A stretch of 64,000 nucleotides of DNA from Octopus sinensis (Eukaryota), in the NCBI RefSeq assembly GCF_006345805.1, contig NC_042997.1, positions 9,424,001 to 9,488,000 on the forward strand, written 5' to 3'. The notes beneath the pieces were generated by a model. It made no database searches and was not told the DNA's origin. It saw only the letters and a program-made list of their open reading frames with translations. The position numbers and the translations under genes were made by a program. Of the stretch, positions 1 to 12,039 are shown in pieces (position 1 is the first letter of the stretch; the number at the start of each line of letters is the position of its first letter).

Positions 1-360
1 TGTGAACAGGCTGTAGTATTTAACATCATATAAAAACCACTACAGTTAATGTTGTGTTTGTTGTTGTTGATGTAACTGAATTCAAAGTAACTTCTTTGAG
101 TACATGGAATAATTTCATCCTATTGCAAGTCTAGGTATGTTTTGATTTGGTGTTTTGTTTTTCCCTTTTTTTTTTTAGCCGTTGTTGTTTTGTTGTATGC
201 CACAATTAAGTGAAATTGTTACACTGGATGTGAAAATGTAGTCTGTGTAAATACAATTATAAAAATTTGTGAACCAAACCACTTTTCTCTGTTGTCTACT
301 CCTGAATCTCAAGGGCAACTCCTCCTTAGGTAATTATAGCCATATGGCACTTACTACAAA

Positions 361-930
361 CATCATCATCATCATTTAACGTCCGCTTTCCATGCTAGCA
401 TGGGTTGGACGGTTCAACTGGGGTCTGGGGAGCCCGAAGGCTGCACCAGGCCAGTCAGATCTGGCAGTGTTTTTACAACTGGATGCCCTTCCTAACGCCA
501 ACCACTCCGAGAGTGTAGTGGGTGATTTTATGTGCCACCGACACAGGTGCCAGACGAGGCTGGCGAACGGCCACGCTCGGATGGTGTTTTTTATGTGCCA
601 CCGACACAGGTGCAAGATGAGGCTGGCAGACGGCCACGCTCGGATGGTGTTTTTATGTGCCACCAACACAGGTGCCAGATGAGGCTGGCAGACGGCCACG
701 CTCGGATGGTGTTTTTATGTGCCACCGACACAGGTGCCAGATGAGGCTGGCGAACGGCCACGATCGGATGGTGTTTGTTACGTGCCCACAGTACGGAGGC
801 CAGTCGATACGGTACTGGCTACCTCCACGTTCGGCTGGTTTTCTTGAGTGCCACTGGCACTGGTACCACAAAGATACAAATTCCATTGATGTTTATCTAT
901 TTTGATTTGTTTTGATTTGATTTGATTTAA
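361..930 (-). mobile_element. RTE-clade LINE, 3'UTR/tail fragment
   Basis: (CAT)n tail at 361, then ccatgctagcatgg and ggatgcccttcctaacgccaaccactcc; the same sequence ends the RT-bearing copies at 2863-4819 and 44953-46618. Confidence 0.85.
520..790. repeat. ~63-bp tandem repeat (about 4 units) in the RTE 3'UTR
   Basis: Unit tgtgccaccgacacaggtgccagatgaggctggcagacggccacgctcggatggtgttttta repeated head-to-tail. Confidence 0.9.
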
Positions 931-1049
931 TTCCAATAAAAATTTCATTTTGTAATACTTGAATAGATTGTGCTTGAAAGAGAGAAGTAAAACAAAAGAA
1001 GATCAAAAAAATACAAGTCATTAATGATAATAATAATAATAATAATAAT

Positions 1050-1235
1050 TCTCTCTGCTATAAGCACAAGGCCAGAAATTTGGGGGAGGGAGCTGTAAAT
1101 TTCATCGAACCCAGGACTTGTCAGCTCATTACGTTTTTGCCCTCAAAAAGTAAAACAATAAAGTTGACATCAACTGAATTTGATCTCAGAACATAGAGCT
1201 GGTAGAAATACCACTAAGCATTTTGTCCGGCACAG
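1050..1235 (-). mobile_element. SINE family B, degenerate
   Basis: Diverged reverse complement of the copies at 5266, 9522 and 59846 (cacaaggccagaaatttgggg...aaagttgac...gaatttgatctcagaac). Confidence 0.6.
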
Positions 1236-1589
1236 TGTCAACAACAACATCATCATCATCATCGACAACAAACAGAGAAAGAAACAGAGAAACTTTCAAA
1301 ATACAAAGATCTGGAAATAGAGGTAACTGAAACGTGGAGTCTAAAAACAGAAACAATTCCTATCATAGTAGACATATTAGGTATGATTAATAAATATTCA
1401 TACAAAATATTCAGACAAAAACATTAGGACTAACAAGTATGTATAACACGCAGAAAATAGCACTACTAGGCACACATCTTATATAAAACACTTTCAATGC
1501 AGCAAAAATAAGAGCATCTCAACAAACCACAGCACATACCCGAGTCACACAGAGCTGCGCAGTGAAAGCTCGTAATAAAAATAAGACTA

Positions 1590-1593
<4 letters not shown>

Positions 1594-1647
<54 letters not shown>

Positions 1648-1660
1648 TAATAATAATAAT
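1594..1660. repeat. (AAT)n microsatellite
   Basis: Direct reading. Confidence 0.95.
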
Positions 1661-2063
1661 ATGGCTTTGTGGTAAGTAGCTTGCTAACCAACCACATGGT
1701 TCCGGGTTCAGTCCCACTGTGTGGCATCTTGGGCAAGTGTCTTCTGCTATAGCCCCGGGCCGACCAATGCCTTGTGAGTGGATTTGGTAGACGGAAACTG
1801 AAAGAAGCCTGTTATATATATGTATATATATATGTATGTGTGTGTGTTTGTGTGTCTGTGTTTGTTCCCTCAACATCGCTTGACAACCGATGCTGGTGTG
1901 TTTACGTCCCCGTCACTTAGCGGTTCGGCAAAAAGAGACCGATAGAATAAGTACTGGGCTTACAAAAAGAATAAGTCCCGGGGTCGAGTTGCTCGACTAA
2001 AGGCGGTGCTCCAGCATGGCCGCAGTCAAATGACTGAAACAAGTAAAAGAGAGTAAAAGAGAG
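1661..2063 (+). mobile_element. tRNA-derived SINE family A
   Basis: A-box-like tggctttgtggta, B-box-like ggttcagtccc, cttgggcaagtgtcttc core, internal (TA/TG)n, gtaaaagaga tail; many copies in the window. Confidence 0.85.
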
Positions 2064-2593
2064 GATAATAATAATAGAGTTATTGAAAATATTGTTTAGG
2101 AGATAAGAACATAACTAGCCTTCATCTATGCAATACTAAAATTGAATGTCTATTTTTCTATTATATGTGTTTATTATTTTTAGACAAAACAATGCAATGT
2201 CACAATAAAATATTTCAAACTATGCAGTCGTTGACATAAGTCCTTACACAGGAAAAAGATTCAAGTAAATGTGACTCCAAGAAGCCTGTAAACAGAAAAT
2301 TTTCTTTATTATTATAGCAATACATTACAAAGTCATTTTGTTGCCATTTTCTGAATGATATATATATAAAAAAAAAAGTAAATGATAGGAGGAAGAACAA
2401 GGAGGTTGGTGTGAGCTGGTTTCAGCTTCAAGGGAAATGCTATGGTAAGGAGACAGATGATAAGAGATTATGTTGTCAATGGACACCAAAAACATAAGAC
2501 ACACATATCCCTCACATGCACAGTCTCACAAAAACACACACTTTTGTCCATGACACAGACATAACATCATATTTGATAGAGAGAATCACTGCT

Positions 2594-2596
<3 letters not shown>

Positions 2597-2663
<67 letters not shown>

Positions 2664-2850
2664 CATATGTATATATATACATACGTATATACATACACAC
2701 ACACACATATATATATATATCCGTATTTATATGGGTGCCTTTGAACATATACAGACACAGATATGCACAATGACTGATTGACATATAAATGTAGGTAATA
2801 TATACTGATAGATAGATAGATACATACATACATACATACATACATACACA
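2597..2850. repeat. Compound (TA)n/(CA)n/(GATA)n/(CATA)n microsatellite
   Basis: Direct reading. Confidence 0.9.
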
Positions 2851-3029
2851 TACTTGTGTACTCATCATCATCATCATCATCATTTAGCATCCGCTTTAAA
2901 TGCTAGCATGGGTTGGACGGTTCAACTGGGGTCTGGGAAGCCAGAAGGCTGCACCAAGCCCAGTCTGATCTGGCAGTGTTTCTACAGCTGGATGCCCTTC
3001 CTAACGCCAACCACTCCGTGAGTGTAGTG

Positions 3030-3570
3030 GGTGCCTTTTACGTGCCACCCGCACAGGTGCCAGACGGGGCTGGCAAACGGCCACGGACGGATGGAGCTTT
3101 TTACGTGCCACCAGCACGGGGGCCAGTCAGGGCGGCGCTGGCAACGGACATGGTCGGGTGGTACTTTTTATGTGCCACTGGCACGGGGGCCAGGCGAGGC
3201 TGGCAATGGCCACGATCGGATGGTGCTTTTTATGTGCCACCAGCACGGGGGCTAGTCGGGGTGGCGCTGGCAATGGACACGGTCGTGTGGTGCTTTTTAC
3301 GTGCCACCAGCACGGGGACCAGGCGAGACTGGCAACGGCCACGATCAGATGGTGCTTTTTACGTGCCACCAACATGGAGGCCAGTTGGGGCGGCACTGGC
3401 AACGGACATGGTCGGGTGGTGCTTTTTACGTGCCACCGGCACGGGGACCAGGCGAGGCTGGCAACGGCCACGATCGGATGGTGCTTTTTACATGCCACCG
3501 GCACGGAGGCCAGTCAGGGCGGCGATGGCCACGGCCACTATTGGATGGTACGCTTACGTGTCACCGGCAC
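3030..3570. repeat. ~60-65-bp tandem array (about 9 cores, alternating A/B spacers) in the RTE 3'UTR
   Basis: Core ggtgctttttacgtgccaccrgcacgg recurs; spacers alternate between ccagtcagggcggcgctggc and ccaggcgaggctggc. Confidence 0.9.
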
Positions 3571-3987
3571 TAGTATCGCAGCTGCAATTTCCATTGATGT
3601 TGATCGACTTCGATTTTGGTTCCGATTTCTGATTTGATTTGATTTGATTTGATTTTGATTTCCGATTTCCACTTGCCTCAATGGGTCTTCACAAGTGGAG
3701 TTTTGTGTCCCAAGAAGGAAAGGTATGCATAAGTCGACTGGCTACATCCCAGGTAGAGGCCACGGATAATGGTCTCATTAGTCCTGCCGAGTCTTCTCAC
3801 GCACAGCATACATTCATAGGTCTCGGACTCTAGTCATCTCCTCAGTGAGACCTAAAGTTCGAAGGTCGTGCTTCACCACCTCGTCCCAGGTTTTCCTGGG
3901 TCTGCCTCTTCCACAGGTTCCCTCAACCACTAGGGTGTGGCACTTTTTCACACAGCTATCTTCATCCATTCTCGCCACATGACCATA

Positions 3988-4767
3988 TCAGCGCAAACGT
4001 CTCTCTTGCACACCACATCTGATGCTTCTTAGGTCCAGCTTTTCACTCAAGGTACTTACACTCTGTCGAGTATGAACACTGACATTACACATCCATCGGA
4101 GCATACTGGCTTCATTTCTTGCGAGCTTACGCATATCCTCAGCAGTCACGGCCCATGTTTCACTGCCATGTAACATGGCTGTTCGTACACACGCGTCATA
4201 CAGTCTGCCTTTTACTCTGAGCGAGAGGCCTTTTGTCACCAGCAGAGGTAAGAGCTCTCTGAACTTTGCCCAAGCTATTCTTACTCTAGCATTTACACTT
4301 TCAGCACACCCACCCCTGCTACTGACTTGGTCACCTAGGTAATGGAAACTATCAACTATTTCTAGTTTTTCTCCCTGGAAAGTGGCAGAAGTTGGTCTCA
4401 GAGCATTTTCAGTGTTTATTGCTCCTGAGTATCTGCCACATACAAAAACTATCTTCCCAGTTAGCCTTCCTTTGACATTGCTGCACCTCTTATGTGTCCA
4501 TAGCTTACACTTGGTGCATCTTATATAGTTTCTACCTACACCTTTTCTACAGATCGAGCAGGGCCATCTACCTGAAGGCATTTGTGATTTGTCTACCTTA
4601 CTACTTATTAGGACTTTGGTTTTAGCTAGATTGACTCTAAGGCCCTGCGATTCTAATCCTTGCTTCCACACCTGAAACCTCTCCTCCAGTTCTGATAGAG
4701 ACTCAGCAATTAGAGCAAGGTCATCAGCATAGAGGAGCTCCCAGGGGCATCCTGTCTTGAATTCCAC
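3988..4767 (-). pseudogene. RTE reverse transcriptase fragment with a PHD-like Cys cluster
   Basis: YADD catalytic motif; CSIC...CTKC...H..C...CGRY (last Cys lost); premature stop. Confidence 0.9.
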
Positions 4768-5265
4768 CGTTATTGCCTGGAGGACTATGATAAATAGGAG
4801 GGGGCTGAGGACTGAGCCTTTTCTCTTTGTTACTTACATGCATTAACAATCTATCTTTCACATGCACACACTGCATACATGCAAGAAAATGAGGAGGAAA
4901 TGTGTTCATATGTTTCATACAATCCTGACAGCAGAATTGCCTTAGCATAATTGTAGCCATCTGGGCAAATGAATGCACTTGGCCTTATACTATTTATTTA
5001 TCAACAACAAGTAACAACACAGATAAGAGAGAATTGGACCCCTAGACTTGTGAGGCCCCTGGATGACTTTCCAGTGTGCTTATACATTAATACAGCCTGA
5101 CTGGTAGCTAAATAAATTTGAAAGCTATATTAAAATAGTAACTTGATCTGTAAAAAAACATGCATATATGTATATGCATGTGTATGTATGTATTTACAAA
5201 TGAATGAATAATATTGTTTTGAGATTTCAGGGGTTTTTTTTTATCACAATATTCAAGGCCCTTAA

Positions 5266-5480
5266 GGCAGCGAGCTGGCAGAAATGGTAGCATGCCAGGG
5301 GAATTGCTTAGCAGTATTTCGTCTGTCTTTACATTCTGAGTTCAAATTCCACCAAGGCCAATTTTGACTTTCATCCTTTCAAGGTTGATAAATTAAATAC
5401 CAGTTGTGTATTGGAGTAGATCTAATCAACTGGACACCTCCCCCAAAATTTCGGGCTTTGTGCCTAGAGTAGAAAAGAAC
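5266..5480 (+). mobile_element. SINE family B
   Basis: ggcagcgagctggcagaa...gagttcaaattcc (B-box)...tttcatcctttc...cccccaaaatttcgggctttgtgcctagagtagaaaagaa. Confidence 0.8.
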
Positions 5481-6063
5481 ATTCAAGGCACTTTTGGTTC
5501 AGTGTAGGAAGATCTTGGGATTTGTAAATGAATTAATTTGTGTGCATATATGTAGCAGCATGTGTGGATAATCTTGTGTTCCTGTAATGGGTTTGTGTGT
5601 CACTTTAGTACACACATGTGAGTGTTTCATTACGGCTTGTATATGTGTATATGCTATATACACATGTGATTGTATGCATATATTCAATCCAGGAATCTCA
5701 GATGGATAGCTTCCTGAATGTGTTACATATTATCACTGCACCACTAATCAATTTTTATTTGGAGGATTTGAATCAGTTTGCTTTGTTATTTCTTGCCCAG
5801 CTTATTCCAGGCATATATGTAAATCTGTTATTAGACAGCAAAGTGCTCCTGTGACGGAAGGTACAAGCAAAAGTCTATAACCTGGATGTATGACCTGTAA
5901 GATTCTCATTGGTTCTCAATAGATATTCTCCTTGTCTCCAATTTTAGATGAAGCATTCACATCCACCAGGCAACTGACATCTACAATAGGACATGATTTA
6001 TGTTTTCTGTCCCATAGAATAATATGAAGCCTATTGTGCTTGCATCAGGACTTTTCTTTATCT

Positions 6064-6066
<3 letters not shown>

Positions 6067-6131
<65 letters not shown>
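6067..6131. repeat. (TC)n microsatellite
   Basis: Direct reading. Confidence 0.95.
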
Positions 6132-6135
<4 letters not shown>

Positions 6136-7280
6136 CTGTCTCTCTTTTTCTCTCCCTCTCTTTCACACACATATACCCACACACTCAAACACATACATGC
6201 AAGCACACACAAACATATCCACCCAAACATACACATAAACACATGCACCCAAACATACACATAAACACACACACATGCATATACTAACTAAAATACCCAT
6301 CAGAATAGCATTGTAGAGAATCAACAGCTGCATTGTAATGAAATTCTGTCTGCAAGAACTGTTTTCAATATCAGCAAAACTGCAAACTATTTTGGTGAGT
6401 GTTGGACCCAGTACCTTCTATAGTCTTTATTCATATATTTTTTATATTTAATTTCCAAAATTTTTTTTGGATTTCTAGATTTTCAAGCATTAGAGATTAT
6501 GATATTCTGCAAAAAAATTTTTTTTTTTTCGAAATTTTGAATCTTTTCATTCACCCTCTTCTCTCTGAGAAGCATGAAACTGGCTGTAATAGTTTCGTTT
6601 TTTTATTATTCCCTTGGAAAGAATTTTTTCAGAATTCTGTTTTGAACACACAAAAGATTATGATTCTAAGAACAAAACAGAGTTTCAGGACTGTCATTAA
6701 ATTAGTCTTTTAGGGTAGCATTATGTGTTAGATTCTAGGGTTACAATTTCATTTTGTGGTTAAATGGGAAAATGGGATTTAACATATTGAGTATGTGGAT
6801 TTTTCTTTTCCATTTTTGGCAAAATCTTAAAAGTATTTAAGACACAAATCCAAAGAAATTTTCTAACATACAAAAATGTTATGCAGTTACTTTGTCTCAT
6901 ACTTTGGCTTTCATTTGTTCAGGAACTAAATTACATAACACTGTTAATGTCAGTTCCATGAATTTTTAGTCTGGACAATGCTGGTGATTTGGACTAGTTT
7001 TGAAATAAAGCCAAAATCAATAAACATATTTATTTGAAAATAAGGAAAGTAATGATAAACAGAAATCAAATAATCGAATCATATTGTAAATATAAATACT
7101 GAAAACCTATACTCTAAATTTTAGGTTAATTGTCGCAAATAAATGTTGTTGTAGACGATGTGGTGGTGGTAGTGATGGTGGTGGTGGTGGCAGCAGTGAC
7201 AAAAATGTAGCTCTGACTGAGCAGAGATATAGTGAAAGGTATTCCAGCCATAGCTTCTATATCTTAATTTTAGCATAGTA

Positions 7281-7631
7281 CTAGCAGTACTTTAGAATTG
7301 GAATTTTTGAAAAGTAAAAATTTTGCATTATGTAGCTTTAAGTGGACATTTTTCTGGTTGAAATACACCTAAAAATGGCGACACAGCAGTCAAAAAATCG
7401 TAAAAAACAGGGATTTTCATAGAAAAAAAAGCACCTTTTTGATGTAAATAATTTTTGGTGTTAACACGGTCTGATTTGAATTTTTTCTTCTACGGAAGGA
7501 AGAGCAAACCTTCTTCTATCATACTCTCAATTTTGGTCATCTTGCACTGCAGGGTCTCAGAGGAGATAGTGTTAGTTGAAGGCTACCAAACCAGCCATAC
7601 ACAGACAACTTCAGCTTTATATATATAGAGA
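7281..7631 (-). mobile_element. Non-autonomous Helitron-like element
   Basis: Minus strand starts TCtctatatatataaagctgaagttgtctgtg and ends gtactgCTAG|T; termini resemble those of 24933-25310; no subterminal hairpin seen. Confidence 0.55.
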
Positions 7632-7659
7632 GGGTGCATTGTATATATACAATGCAACC

Positions 7660-7920
7660 TTCCTTTCATAAAATACAGAAGTGTCTTGCAGATCAAGCAA
7701 CCTGTACAGAATCCCTCATTGACATATTTTGTTTTTTAGGTAAGTATGTTGATAAAATCATATAATTTATGTTGTCTCTGGAGAGACTCATAATGTCTTA
7801 ATGCCTTATTATCTAACACATTCACCAATTCGATTTCTACTCATTTACTATTTATACTTTTTCTTCCAAAATTTTCGTTGATTTTGCAGCCTTGTTAATG
7901 GATGTTGACTCTGTCTGTTA
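7660..7920 (-). mobile_element. Dispersed repeat, probable PLE pseudo-LTR remnant with a decayed hammerhead
   Basis: Related segment at ~53500-53620; hammerhead-like topology at 7865-7902 on the minus strand. Confidence 0.4.
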
Positions 7921-8064
7921 TTGGAGCTGAGTTCATAATTTAAGTAAGATTAAATGGAGGTAGTGTATCACAGTGAATAATTGGCATGCAGGCAATCTTA
8001 TATCATTTAAATGTAATTCAGAGTAAATTCCCCTGGTCACACTTAATTTAATGCTTAGCTAATA

Positions 8065-8242
8065 TTGGCTTCAAGTTTTGGCACGAGGCCAGCAATTTTG
8101 AGGGAGGGGCTAATTGATTATATTGACCCCAGTGATAAACCGCTACATATTTTAGTGACCCCAAAAGAATGAAAGGCAAAGTCAGTGAAATGCCGCTAAG
8201 CATTTTCTCCAGCATGCTAATAATTCTACACGCTTGCCTCCT
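8065..8242 (-). mobile_element. SINE family B
   Basis: gaccccaaaagaatgaaaggcaaagtc is the reverse complement of the family core. Confidence 0.7.
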
Positions 8243-9119
8243 TAATCCTTGTCTAATATTGGTATGATTGCATCATAAAGAAGCATCAATGTAACCCAAT
8301 TTTGCACCCATATAAGAAAATAAGAGCCAAATGATTTTATTTTCTGTTTTAATTATATTGTAAGGAGGAAGGTTTATGTTCATATCTTTGTAGTTCCTTC
8401 AAGAATTGAGGGCCCCCTATTGGTTTAGAATGGCTATTTATCTGTGTCTGTGCATAAGATGGAATTTTTTTTTTCTTTATGTGTGGAAGACTGTCAGTTG
8501 CCCATGCTGTAAGATTCTTCTACCACCATTGCTGATGCTGTCAAAGGGAATAGTTACTGTTTAAGGTTAATGTTGTTGTAGAACACTGCAATCAGCATGC
8601 AAAAGGCTGGAATAGACACCATGTGGTATCTCATCCTACACTCAAGCAATTTTGCCAATCCACCACCCCAAAGTTGGGATATTTTTTATTAACTCTGTAA
8701 GGATGAAATACAAAACTGAACATGCCAGAGTTTGAACTTACAATGGAGAGAGGTGAAACAACCACCACGAAGCATTTAATCCAACTCCTTTAAAAACTCT
8801 GTCGATCTGCTTCTAAGATTAAGTCTGTTATGTTTGAGGTTCATCTTCAACAAGCATAAGTTAACAACTACAAGGAAAAAACATTATAGGATCACAAACT
8901 TTTATTCTAGAGCTCTAGCCATACAGAGTTGATCTTACATAGCTGAAAGGGTAGGCATGAACTAGATTTTTCTTTTTATTATTTCTGGAAGACTAGCAGT
9001 TAGTTGCCTATGCAGGCAAGTTATCGCTTTCCATACTGCCAGTTGTCCAAAGAAAAGGTATTTCTGAAAAGCCATTGCAGCTTGGAACTAGTGTCATTGT
9101 AGGTGTTAATATCAGAATG

Positions 9120-9503
9120 TGGAGGCGCAATGGCCCAGTGGTTAGGGCAGCAGACTAGCGGTCATAGGATCGCGGTTTTGATTCCCAGACCGGGCGTTGT
9201 GAGTGTTTATTGAGCGAAAACACCTAAAGCTCCACGAGGCTCCAGCAGGGGATGGTGGTGATCCCTGCTGTACTCTTTCACCACAACTTTCTCTCACTCT
9301 TACTTCCTGTTTCTGTTGTACCTGTATTTCAAGGGGCCGGCCTTGTCACTCTCTGTGTCACGCTGAATATCCCCGAGAATTACATTAAGGGTGCACGTGT
9401 CTGTGGAGTGCTCAGCCACTTACACGTTAATTTCACGAGCAGGCTGTTCCGTTGATTCGGATCAACCGGAACCCTCATCGTCGTAACCGACGGAGTGCTT
9501 CCA
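9120..9503 (+). mobile_element. tRNA-derived SINE family C
   Basis: A-box tggcccagtggtta, B-box-like ggttttgattccc; 13-bp TSD taatatcagaatg at 9107-9119 and 9504-9516. Confidence 0.85.
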
Positions 9504-9521
9504 TAATATCAGAATGCAAAG

Positions 9522-9734
9522 AAGGCAGTGAGCTGGCAGAAACATTAGCATGCTGGGTGAAATGCTTAGCAGTATTCCATCTATCTTTGCGTTTTGAGTT
9601 CAAATTCTGCCAAGGTCAACTTTGCTTTTCATCCTTTTGGGGTCAATAAATTAAGTACCATTTCGTACTGGAGCTGATGTAATCGACTGGCCCCCTCCCC
9701 CAAAATTTCAGGCCTTGTGCCTAGAGTAAAAAAG
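9522..9734 (+). mobile_element. SINE family B
   Basis: Matches the 5266 copy; flanked by aatatcagaat(g/t)caaag direct repeats. Confidence 0.85.
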
Positions 9735-10085
9735 AATATCAGAATTCAAAGGTACAGATATCACAAAACATCACATCCAGAACAGTAACAGTGCTGCCAG
9801 TTTACCACCCTGGGGCTGGAAAGTTTTATGAACACTAAAAGAATGAAAAGCAAAGTTGACCTTAGTGAGATTTGAGCTTAGAAGAATGTAGCAAGTCAGA
9901 ACAATTTCTGAACAGCCTTCTACCCAAAACTCTAACTGCTTGATCAAATCACAAAGTTTATAAATTAGAATATATATATAACTATAACAGCCAGAGCTGA
10001 CTTTTCTTGTACCTTTCTAGAAATCATAAAATGAAGGACATATATACATATGTGTGAGTGCATGCATGTGTGCATGCGTGCATGT

Positions 10086-10365
10086 GCCCACGGGCATATG
10101 GTGTAGTGGTTAAGAGTGTGGGCTACTAAACCCAAGATTCCGAGTTCGCTTCCAAGCAGTGACCAGAACAATAATAATAATAACATCGAAGAATACCTTA
10201 GGAATGAGAACCCAGGTTCGAAATTTCCCCAAGACACCTGAAGAAGGCTGGAGGGTATATCAGCCGAAACGTTGTGTTAACAACAAACAAGATGAGGACA
10301 AATATCCGTCAAATGTAAATAATAAAAATAATGTACATAATTCCTCATCTCTTAAATATAGAACT
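10086..10365 (+). mobile_element. tRNA-headed SINE carrying a hammerhead ribozyme motif
   Basis: A-box tggtgtagtgg, B-box gagttcgcttcc, hammerhead at 10233-10278; second copy at 61393-61635. Confidence 0.8.
10233..10278 (+). ncRNA. Minimal type-I hammerhead ribozyme motif
   Basis: gacac-CTGAAGA-a-ggctg(gagggtatat)cagcc-GAAA-c-g-TT-gtgtt: stems I and II pair; stem III is reduced to the palindrome AACGTT. Confidence 0.7.
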
Positions 10366-11534
10366 GTGTGTATGTATGTCCTTTATTTTATCATCTCTTG
10401 AAGGATACAAGAAAAATCAGGTCTGGTTGCTTTAGAATTCAGAAAATAAAGAATTAAAACTAGATGTAATAAAGTACACTGCCATTCTGTCATACTTAAT
10501 AAAATGCTAATTTATTTCTTAAACACAAAGACAATTCAATAGGAAGAGTTAAATGAATCAATACCACTTTGTATTATAAACTCCAGGGAGATGAAATTGG
10601 TAAAGTTTAAGCTATAAATTAAGAGGTATAAAACTAAATTGGGTAAAATATTTTTGTCCCCTTGAGACATACTTCAGTGTCTCAATAATTTCAATAATTA
10701 ATGATAATTTTTTTGTATTTCAAATTAGGTTGCAATTATAACTAATTTTAAGCTTAGACTCAATGTCAGTCATTTTATAAGGTTTGGCAATTAGACTGTG
10801 ATTTGCACGCATTTGGCAGTGCTAGTGCTCATTGTAGGGAATTTTATAACTTTCAACAAGAGAATTGAAATGACATCACATACTCAGCAAATTTAGTGTT
10901 TGTGTCTTTTTGTAAGATAATTACCATAGTATTATTTTCAGCAAACATTTTATACAAAATGTACATAACAGCAGTGCATCAGCATAGCCGAAGCTCTGAG
11001 CTGAAACGTTAAATAAAAAAAAATAAAAAAATTAAAAACTGACCCCAAACCCAGACACACACACGAGCATGCAGTTTCGTACTGGAGTTGATCTAATCGA
11101 CTGGCCCCCTCCCCCAAAATTTCGGGCCTTGTACCTAGAGTAGAAAAGAATATCAGAATGCAAAGCGCACGTATGGATATCACAAAGTATCACATCCAGA
11201 ACTGTAACACTTGGTTTCTATGGATGGGTGCACTTTGTAATGATTATCGCTCTTCAGAGTGTACTCGGTGTCTTTCTGTGGTGCCAACATCAACATCTGC
11301 TTTCTAAGCTTGCATAGGCTGAACCAGTCATCAAGGTCTAAACCAGTTCTTAACAGGAGTTACTGTTCCCCAAAAGGGTTGGAAAAGCAAGTCTTTCTTG
11401 AACATTTCGCTTCGGCAAGTTTGCTCTAGCTGAATGCCCTTCTTATTAACAATCACTTTACAGAGATTATATAATGCAGTTTATAATGATACCAGCACTA
11501 GAGATACTGTTGTGTCCTGGGAAAGACAAGACTA

Positions 11535-11797
11535 AAGGTGCCACTTAAAAAGCACCTATGATGGTGCCATATAAAAAGCACCCAGGACACTCTAAAGTCG
11601 TTGGCATTAGAAAGAGCATTCAACCATAGATATCAAACCAAAGCAGACAACGAAACCTAGAGTGGCCCCTGGCCTTACCAGTTCCTGTCAAGCCATTCAA
11701 CCCATGCTAGCTTCCAAAACATACATTAAGTGGTGGTGGTGGTGGTGGTGGTGGTGGTGAGGATGAAGATGAAGATGATGATAATGATGATGATGAT
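11535..11797 (+). mobile_element. Degenerate RTE 3' tail
   Basis: aaaaagcacc motifs, gttggcattagaaagagcatt, cccatgctagc, (GAT)n tail. Confidence 0.7.
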
Positions 11798-12039
11798 GCC
11801 TCATTTCTCAATATATTCACCACTATTATCAGTCTTATCACTTTCATTTCACCATGCTTGAACTACTGGTGAGTTCTGCTGTGATTGAAGCCTTTCCAAA
11901 ATTGTGAATTGCCAACAAGCATAGTCTTACTTTTCCACAGGTTTCATTCAATCTGAGATTAAATTCTTCATGAAGTTGTCATCATCTTTATGCAGCACAA
12001 GCCCACAGTCATGCAGGCTTTTCTCTTACGCACAACATC

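Larger units (their letters stand above)
2863..4819 (-). mobile_element. 5'-truncated RTE LINE (RT C-terminal half, 3'UTR, (ATG)n tail)
   Basis: ORF 3988-4767 has ELLYADDL, LRVNLAKTKV, FHYLG and HGSETW motifs; (CAT)n at 2863. Confidence 0.95.

Noticed and set aside
3030-3570. CRISPR-like repeat-spacer appearance
   Set aside because: The spacers are themselves repeated (A/B), the array is part of an RTE 3'UTR, the context is eukaryotic and there are no cas genes.
2913-3637. 239-aa and overlapping ORFs
   Set aside because: Antisense read-through of GC-rich tandem repeats in the LINE 3'UTR.
10092-10163. Possible tRNA genes (also at 9120, 24592, 46757 and 61397)
   Set aside because: Acceptor stems do not pair cleanly and each continues into a repeated SINE body, so they are SINE heads.
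11226-11267. Minus-strand CTGAAGA inside a hairpin
   Set aside because: No GAAA/UH arm; only a simple stem-loop.
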